22,216 nt of DNA from Armatimonadia bacterium. GTDB lineage: Bacteria; Armatimonadota; Zipacnadia; Zipacnadales; UBA11051. The stretch is taken from contig JBDKRC010000057.1 in assembly GCA_039683575.1 (NCBI GenBank), positions 1 through 22,216 of the forward strand. Direction: 5' to 3'. Below, one piece after another: positions 16,909-22,216 of the stretch. Each line of letters starts with the position of its first letter. Within the stretch, counting starts at the first letter, position 1. The notes beneath the pieces are model-generated. The model was not told the DNA's origin, did not search any database, and saw nothing but the letters and a program-made list of their open reading frames with translations. The position numbers were made by a program, and so were the translations under genes.

Positions 16909-18009
16909 ATGTGGATCGCGTGCTGGAACTGCGGGCAGGATGTCTGGTTCGAAACGCAGACAATGTGCCGCCACTGCGACGCCCCCACCCGGCGCTGCGC
17001 CGACTGCATCAATTACGACGCCAAAACCTCAACCTGCCGGGACCTCAATATCGACGTCGCCCCCGAAGATGCCACAAATCCGAGCCGGCTCTCGCTCTCT
17101 ATGACCTGCACTTCCTATGGCATGACTGACCAGGCCGCCATGCGCCAGGGGGCGGCTGTCGCCAAAGCCCCTGCAACCCCGGCCGCTCCAGCGGCCCCCC
17201 AGGCTGCAGCGGCGCCCGCTCCTCAGATCTCCGCCACTGACGAATACATCACCATCCGCCGCGAGCCGCCGCTGAAGCGCCCCAAACACCCGGTCGTCAT
17301 CGCCCATCGCGGCGATTCGGCCGCTGCGCCAGAGAACACTCTCTCCGCCTTCACCTCCGCGGTACAAAGCGGCGCCCACGCCATTGAGTTTGATGTCCAT
17401 GTCACCGCCGACGGCCACCCGGTCGTTATCCACGATGCCACCGTGGACCGCGTCACCGATGGCTCCGGCGCCGTGGCCGACATGACCCTGGCGGAGATCA
17501 AAGCTCTGGACGCCGGAGGCTGGTTTGCCGGACCGTACGAGGGCGAGCAAATACCCACCCTTGACGAGGCAATCGAGGCCCTTCCGGCTCCCACGGCCCT
17601 GTTCGTGCACCTCCGCGCCCATGAGAACGCCAGCGACTGCTGGGAGCGCGCCGTCGTGGAGGCCATCGGCCGCCACGACGCCCGCAAACGCACCGCCATC
17701 ACCAACCACACCCGCCACGGGCTGCAGCGCGTCCGCGAACTCGACCCCAAGATACGCCTCTGCTGGATTCCCGTCGGTGGCCAGCCAGGCCAGGAGTACA
17801 TTGACGACACGCACCTGTTAGGCTGCCGCTTCCTGCAACCGCGCCTCACCGAGATAGACGAAGCGTTCGTGGCCTATGCGCATGAGAAGGACCTCTGGGT
17901 GAACGCCTTCTGGGCCGACACCGAGGAAGACATGCAGCGCATGATCGCCCTCGGTGTGGATGGCATCATAACCAACTACCCGCGCCGGTTGCGGGAGTTG
18001 CTGCGTTAG
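16909..18009 (+). CDS. glycerophosphodiester phosphodiesterase (GDPD) family protein with N-terminal Cys-rich zinc-finger-like domain
   Basis: GDPD motifs 'IAHRGDS', 'PENTLSAF', 'IEFDV', 'VIHD' and 'GVDGIITNYP'. N-terminus has CWNC, CRHC, CADC plus 2 further Cys, then an Ala/Pro linker. Start ATG 16909 after GGAGA; the 16765 start would overlap the ilv promoter. Confidence 0.88.
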   Translation: MWIACWNCGQDVWFETQTMCRHCDAPTRRCADCINYDAKTSTCRDLNIDVAPEDATNPSRLSLSMTCTSYGMTDQAAMRQGAAVAKAPATPAAPAAPQAAAAPAPQISATDEYITIRREPPLKRPKHPVVIAHRGDSAAAPENTLSAFTSAVQSGAHAIEFDVHVTADGHPVVIHDATVDRVTDGSGAVADMTLAEIKALDAGGWFAGPYEGEQIPTLDEAIEALPAPTALFVHLRAHENASDCWERAVVEAIGRHDARKRTAITNHTRHGLQRVRELDPKIRLCWIPVGGQPGQEYIDDTHLLGCRFLQPRLTEIDEAFVAYAHEKDLWVNAFWADTEEDMQRMIALGVDGIITNYPRRLRELLR

Positions 18010-18019
18010 GCCCCTGTCG

Positions 18020-18048
18020 TTGCCCCCCGCCGCCCACCGTGCTACAAT
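18020..18048 (+). promoter_or_regulatory. putative sigma70 promoter for the SDR gene
   Basis: TTGCCC-N17-TACAAT with an extended -10 TG. Confidence 0.6.
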
Positions 18049-18079
18049 CGGCCCACACAATCAAAGAGGTGGGCGCACC

Positions 18080-18814
18080 ATGTCTCAGACTTCGCTTAAG
18101 GACGCTGTCGCCATCGTGACCGGCGGGTCGGTCGGGTATGGCTATGGGATCGCGAATGTGCTCAAGCAGCGCGGCGCGAGAGTGTATATCACCGCGCGCA
18201 ACGCCGGACGTTTGCAGGCTGCTGCCGACCAGCTCGGCGTGCAGGCTATCGCTGGCGATGTGACCGTGCCGGCGGACTGGGACCGCGTGGTGCAGACGGT
18301 GCTCGCTGACGCGGGGCGCGTGGATGTGCTGGTCAACAACGCCGGGGCGGGGATCAACATCAAGCCGGTGGTGGAGCTGAGCGACGAGGACATCGCGGCG
18401 ACCGTGGCGACGAACCTGACGGGCGTGATGTACGGTTGCCGCCGCGTCGCGCCGCTGCTAAAGGCGCAGGGCTCGGGCACGATCGTCAACCTCTCCAGCA
18501 TCTGCGACTCCCAGGCGTGGCCGGGCTACGCCGCCTACGGCGCGGCGAAAGCGGGGCTGGTCTCGTTCTCCAAGCACCTATATGTGGAACTGCGCGAGTC
18601 GGGTGTGCGCGTCACGTGCCTGACGCCCTCATGGGGCGCGACCGACTTCGTCACCGCGTTGGGCGGAGAGCGTCAGGAGGAGGCTCTGCGGCAGCGCATG
18701 ACCCAGCCGGACGAACTCGGCGAGATCGTCGCGCAGGTGTGCGAACTGCCGGGGCATCTGGTGATGCCGACGCTGACGGTGCTGCCGCTGGTGCAGGAGA
18801 TCGTGCCGTTCTGA
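18080..18814 (+). CDS. short-chain dehydrogenase/reductase
   Basis: TGGSVGYG, NNAG, catalytic S...YGAAK; GAGGTG RBS before ATG 18080. Confidence 0.92.
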   Translation: MSQTSLKDAVAIVTGGSVGYGYGIANVLKQRGARVYITARNAGRLQAAADQLGVQAIAGDVTVPADWDRVVQTVLADAGRVDVLVNNAGAGINIKPVVELSDEDIAATVATNLTGVMYGCRRVAPLLKAQGSGTIVNLSSICDSQAWPGYAAYGAAKAGLVSFSKHLYVELRESGVRVTCLTPSWGATDFVTALGGERQEEALRQRMTQPDELGEIVAQVCELPGHLVMPTLTVLPLVQEIVPF

Positions 18815-18994
18815 GAGACAGGGAACGGGGAGCGGTGTTGGCCGTAGCTGACGGCGAACGGCTACGGCTGGCGTCTCCAGGCAGGCCTTGCGCCATCGGC
18901 GGCGCACGATCGGCACCGCTGCCACTTTCCACTTCCTTTCACTTTTCACATCTGATACAATTCCCTTATCCCCAACTGGCGGAAGTGATTCCCG

Positions 18995-20416
18995 ATGTAT
19001 GAACCTCTAGTGGGCCTGGAAGTCCATGCCCAACTGACCACGAACTCCAAGATGTTCTGCGCCTGCAAGGCTGAGTTCGGGGCCGATCCCAACAGCAATG
19101 TCTGCCCGATCTGCCTTGGCCTGCCGGGCTCCCTGCCTGTAGCCAATGAACACGCCGTTGAACTGGTCGTCCGCACCGGCCTCGCCCTCGGATGCCAGGT
19201 CGGCACTCTCTGCCGCTTCTATCGCAAAAACTACTTCTACCCTGATCTATCAAAGAACTATCAGATCAGCCAGTATGATGAACCCCTGACCTTCGACGGC
19301 CACATGGACCTGACCGTTGACGGCCATGACGTCCACATCCGCGTCCGTCGCGCCCATCTTGAGGAAGACACGGGCAAGAACATCCACCTCCCCAATGGCC
19401 AGAGCCTCGTGGAGTACAACCGCGGCGGGCTGCCGCTGATGGAGATCGTCACCGAGCCGGACTTCAAGTCCGCTGCCGAAGTGCGCGAGTACCTCCTCCA
19501 GCTCCGCCGCCTGCTGCGCTACCTCGGCGTTTCCACCGCAAACATGGAAGAAGGCGCAATGCGCGCCGAGCCGACGATCAACCTTAAGGACAAAGCGACC
19601 GGCGCGGCCACTCCCAAGGTCGAGATCAAGAACCTTGCCTCGATCAAGGCCGTGTATGACGCCGTAGGCTATGAAATCGCCCGCCAGTACCGCTGTCTCG
19701 AAGATGATGAGCCGATGCAGCAGGAGACTCGCCGCTGGAACGAGACCCTGCAGGCTACGACCATCATGCGGACCAAGGAGTCCGCTGCCGACTACATGTA
19801 CTTCCCTGAACCCGACATCCCCCCGCTGGAGCCAGAGCCGGAGTGGGTTGAGCAGATCCGCCAGTCCCTCCCCGAGGTCCCGATGGTCCGGCAGGCACGC
19901 TTCGTCTCGCAATACGGCCTGCCGGAGTACGATGCGCAGGTTCTGACCGAATCCCGCGAGATTGCCGATTACTTCGAGGAAGCCGTCACTGCCTGTGGCG
20001 ACGCCAAGGCCTGCAGCAACTGGGTCATGGGCGACCTGATGCACATGCTCAATGACCTCGGCTGCGGCATCCAGGAGTGCCGCATTCCTCCCAGGCAGCT
20101 CGGTGCGCTGGTGGCCATCATCAAGGAAGGCACCATCAGCCACAATATCGCCCAGCAAGTCTTCCCGAAAATGTGGGAGACGGGTAAGGAGCCGCGCCAG
20201 ATCGTCGAGGAAGAGAACCTCGCGCTGATCAGCGACACCAGCGAGATCGAGCGCATCGTCGAAGAAGCCATCGCCGCCAACCCCAGGGCGGTTGAAGACT
20301 ACCGCGGTGGCAAGGAGAAGGCTCTCGGGGCCATCGTCGGCTTTGTCATGCGCCAGACCAAGGGCAAAGCCAGTCCTGAAATCGTTAACGAACTGGTCCT
20401 GGCGAAGCTTCAGTAG
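18995..20416 (+). CDS. gatB: Asp-tRNA(Asn)/Glu-tRNA(Gln) amidotransferase subunit B
   Basis: Motifs 'VGLEVHAQL', 'RKNYFYPDL', 'HLEEDTGK', 'PLMEIVTEPD', 'YFPEPD' and a C-terminal Yqey-like domain. Confidence 0.97.
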   Translation: MYEPLVGLEVHAQLTTNSKMFCACKAEFGADPNSNVCPICLGLPGSLPVANEHAVELVVRTGLALGCQVGTLCRFYRKNYFYPDLSKNYQISQYDEPLTFDGHMDLTVDGHDVHIRVRRAHLEEDTGKNIHLPNGQSLVEYNRGGLPLMEIVTEPDFKSAAEVREYLLQLRRLLRYLGVSTANMEEGAMRAEPTINLKDKATGAATPKVEIKNLASIKAVYDAVGYEIARQYRCLEDDEPMQQETRRWNETLQATTIMRTKESAADYMYFPEPDIPPLEPEPEWVEQIRQSLPEVPMVRQARFVSQYGLPEYDAQVLTESREIADYFEEAVTACGDAKACSNWVMGDLMHMLNDLGCGIQECRIPPRQLGALVAIIKEGTISHNIAQQVFPKMWETGKEPRQIVEEENLALISDTSEIERIVEEAIAANPRAVEDYRGGKEKALGAIVGFVMRQTKGKASPEIVNELVLAKLQ

Positions 20417-20444
20417 CCAGCCCGCCGCAGCCTCTTTTCGCGTG

Positions 20445-20517
20445 GTAGGCACACTCCGTGTGCCGGAATATGTGGTCGAAATCCGTCGCCAGTTCCGGCA
20501 CGCGGTGTGTGCCTCAC
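20445..20517. repeat. GTAG-type REP inverted dimer (REPIN-like)
   Basis: GTAGGCACACTCCGTGTGCCGGAA ... TTCCGGCACGCGGTGTGTGCCTCAC: an inverted pair with 2 mismatches and 1 indel, each half internally palindromic. Confidence 0.75.
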
Positions 20518-20559
20518 AAGCGAAGCTGCTGATCGTCACCCCCAGGGGAGAAAGCCTCC

Positions 20560-21342
20560 ATGTCCGACGGCGCCGGAATGATCGGTCTGGCCATGTTCAA
20601 GGCTTCCGCGCTGGCTTTCAGCCTCCTCATTGCAGCCTATCCCTTCTACCGCGTCGTCGCCATGTGGTTCGAAGGCGCGATCAACGGCTCCGAAGCCGTC
20701 ATCTACCTCACCACCCTCCTCTTCCTGCTCCTGGGTATCATCGTCTCCTGGGGAACACCACTGTGGATTCTGCTTTTTCTCGCACTGCTGGTGGCATGCA
20801 TCGGGGTGCCGTTGCTGACTGGCTTACGTGACAAGATGGCGCTTCGACGGATGGAAGATGAAGACATCCACAAGTTCACCACGACGCTGAACCAGCAGCC
20901 CCGGAATATCTACGCCCGCGAGCGACTCTCCCGCATCTTTCTCGGCCGCAAGGAATATGATCTCGCCCTGGTGCACGTGAAGGAAGCTCTCCAGGTCAGC
21001 CCCAAGGAGACCACCCTCGAACGCCTGAGGGAGCGCATCGAGACCGAGCAGCGCCGCGACCTGTATCACCTCAAGCTCTGCCCCAAATGCGCCCATGAGA
21101 ACCCGCCCGAAGCCGGAGCCTGCCTGAGCTGTGGCTTTCTCTTCGTGGATCCCGCCGACATTCTGCGCGTACTGTGGACCGAACCGGTTCTACTGGCCCT
21201 GAAGTGGACCGGCTTGCTGCTGCTCGGCGCTGCACTGGTGCTGCTGCTCGTGAATGTGGCCATCCTCCTGGTCACATTTCTGACGGGCCTGGGGCTGGTC
21301 TTCGTCTTCTGGTACCTCTACGTCCGCTTCAGCCGCCTCTGA
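20560..21342 (+). CDS. membrane protein with TPR-like helical segment and zinc ribbon
   Basis: Three N-terminal hydrophobic segments; 'PRNIYARERLSRIFLGRKEYDLALVHVKEALQVSP' is TPR-like; CPKC...CLSC ribbon; two C-terminal TMs; GGGGAG RBS. Confidence 0.82.
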   Translation: MSDGAGMIGLAMFKASALAFSLLIAAYPFYRVVAMWFEGAINGSEAVIYLTTLLFLLLGIIVSWGTPLWILLFLALLVACIGVPLLTGLRDKMALRRMEDEDIHKFTTTLNQQPRNIYARERLSRIFLGRKEYDLALVHVKEALQVSPKETTLERLRERIETEQRRDLYHLKLCPKCAHENPPEAGACLSCGFLFVDPADILRVLWTEPVLLALKWTGLLLLGAALVLLLVNVAILLVTFLTGLGLVFVFWYLYVRFSRL

Positions 21343-21350
21343 TCCGCCTC

Positions 21351-21445
21351 CCGTTGCCGTTCACTGGGAGCGCGGGCGTCCTGCCCGCATCTCGCCGTTC
21401 GCCTTTGCCGTTGCCCAGCCGTAGGTACGCGGGCATCCTGCCGGC
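21351..21445. repeat. two diverged direct copies (57-bp spacing) of a GC-rich REP-like palindrome
   Basis: CCGTTGCC...GGGAGCGCGGGCGTCCTGCCCGC (to 21388) and CCGTTGCC...AGGTACGCGGGCATCCTGCCGGC (to 21445). Confidence 0.65.
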
Positions 21446-21473
21446 TCCGGCCGTCCCGCCCGCCTCTCGCTGT

Positions 21474-21507
21474 TCCCCGATTCCCGATTCCCCATTCCCG
21501 ATTCCCC
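21474..21507. repeat. heptamer run (TTCCCGA)x~5 directly after the yfcE stop
   Basis: tccccga-ttcccga-ttcccca-ttcccga-ttcccc, abutting the stop codon at 21508. Confidence 0.85.
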
Positions 21508-22059
21508 TCACACCATCAACTCTTCTCCCGTATCCACCGCCCAGACCTTCACCTTCCCCTCCACAATCGCCGCGCAAGTTGGCCGCGCCAGCCGCTCCTC
21601 CTGCGCCAGCGGGTATGTCACCGTCCCCGGGTTGATGTGCACCAGGCTCCCGTGGCTCGTAACTTGCGGCACGTGTACGTGCGCCGTCAGCAGGTAATCC
21701 ACCCGCCACTTCTGCGCCAACTCCACCGTCTTCTCCAGCGGCTCCAGATGCCCGTGTGTGGCCAGGAAGCGCACGCCCTCGATCTGCACGAATGCGTATG
21801 GAGACTGTATGGGCGCGTTTACGAACAGCGCGTCGACCTCAGAATCCCCGTTGCCGCGCACAAACACAATCGGCACTCCACAGGCGTTGAAGGCGTCAGC
21901 CAGGGCCTTGGGAGCATAGGCGGGCGCAGGATCGAACCTCGGGCCGTGATATAGCAGATCCCCGCAGTGGAAAATGAGATCGCTGTCTCCTATCAACTCG
22001 AGGGCCTGCTGCCATCCGGCCAGGTTGCCGTGAGTATCTGCAATGATACCGATCTTCAT
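21508..22059 (-). CDS. yfcE: YfcE-like metallophosphoesterase (calcineurin-like phosphodiesterase)
   Basis: Motifs 'IADTHG', 'CGDLLYHGPR', 'VRGNGD', 'THGH', 'AHVHVP' and 'INPG'. Start ATG 22059 after GAGGTG. Confidence 0.9.
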   Translation of the reverse strand: MKIGIIADTHGNLAGWQQALELIGDSDLIFHCGDLLYHGPRFDPAPAYAPKALADAFNACGVPIVFVRGNGDSEVDALFVNAPIQSPYAFVQIEGVRFLATHGHLEPLEKTVELAQKWRVDYLLTAHVHVPQVTSHGSLVHINPGTVTYPLAQEERLARPTCAAIVEGKVKVWAVDTGEELMV

Positions 22060-22187
22060 CTCTTTCACCTCTTCCTGTTGTTCATCGGAAGGGCTCTTCC
22101 TCAATTAGTGTGGGTAGAACCTATTGACATGTCGTAAGTACGTGCTGCAGCGAGGGCAACTGTCCGCATCGCTGGAGTATTTTGAGC

Positions 22188-22216
22188 ATGAAGAATTGGA
22201 CGTCGCGGAAGCCGTA
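22188..22216 (+). CDS. possible start of the next gene (truncated)
   Basis: ATG at 22188 with GGAG about 10 nt upstream; only 9 codons visible. Confidence 0.25.

Noticed and set aside
18831-18920. tRNA gene (cloverleaf-like fold)
   Set aside because: No TTCRA T-loop, no D-loop consensus, no 7-nt anticodon loop and wrong stem lengths.
19250-20539. 429-aa minus-strand ORF
   Set aside because: Antisense shadow of gatB.
22124-22152. Promoter from the perfect TTGACA at 22124
   Set aside because: No acceptable -10 hexamer at 16-18 bp spacing.

Overview
GC-rich bacterial chromosomal window. The paired '[37 protein letters not shown]...H-X9-DG' prepilin-like genes suggest Armatimonadota or a similar lineage (inference). 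From left to right it contains: a partial Gfo/Idh/MocA oxidoreductase; a Nif3-like gene with two downstream hypothetical genes (minus strand); a divergent sugar-phosphate operon (class II aldolase, internally duplicated SorE-like reductase, SrlD-like dehydrogenase); a Met/Cys-rich exported protein; two tandem DUF1559-type prepilin-like genes; a minus-strand branched-chain amino acid operon (ilvD-ilvB-ilvN-ilvC); a Cys-rich zinc-finger/GDPD fusion; an SDR; a standalone gatB; a membrane TPR/zinc-ribbon protein; and a YfcE-like phosphodiesterase. The ilv operon is led by a sigma70 promoter and a complete T-box riboswitch with a probable Val (GUC) specifier. It is interleaved with accessory genes (PEGA-like secreted protein, pentapeptide repeat protein, lower-GC HEPN-motif protein, membrane protein) and a 162-bp tandem REP-like duplication. 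Intergenic regions hold several REP-like palindromes and heptamer runs. No rRNA, tRNA, CRISPR array, transposase or integrase was seen.
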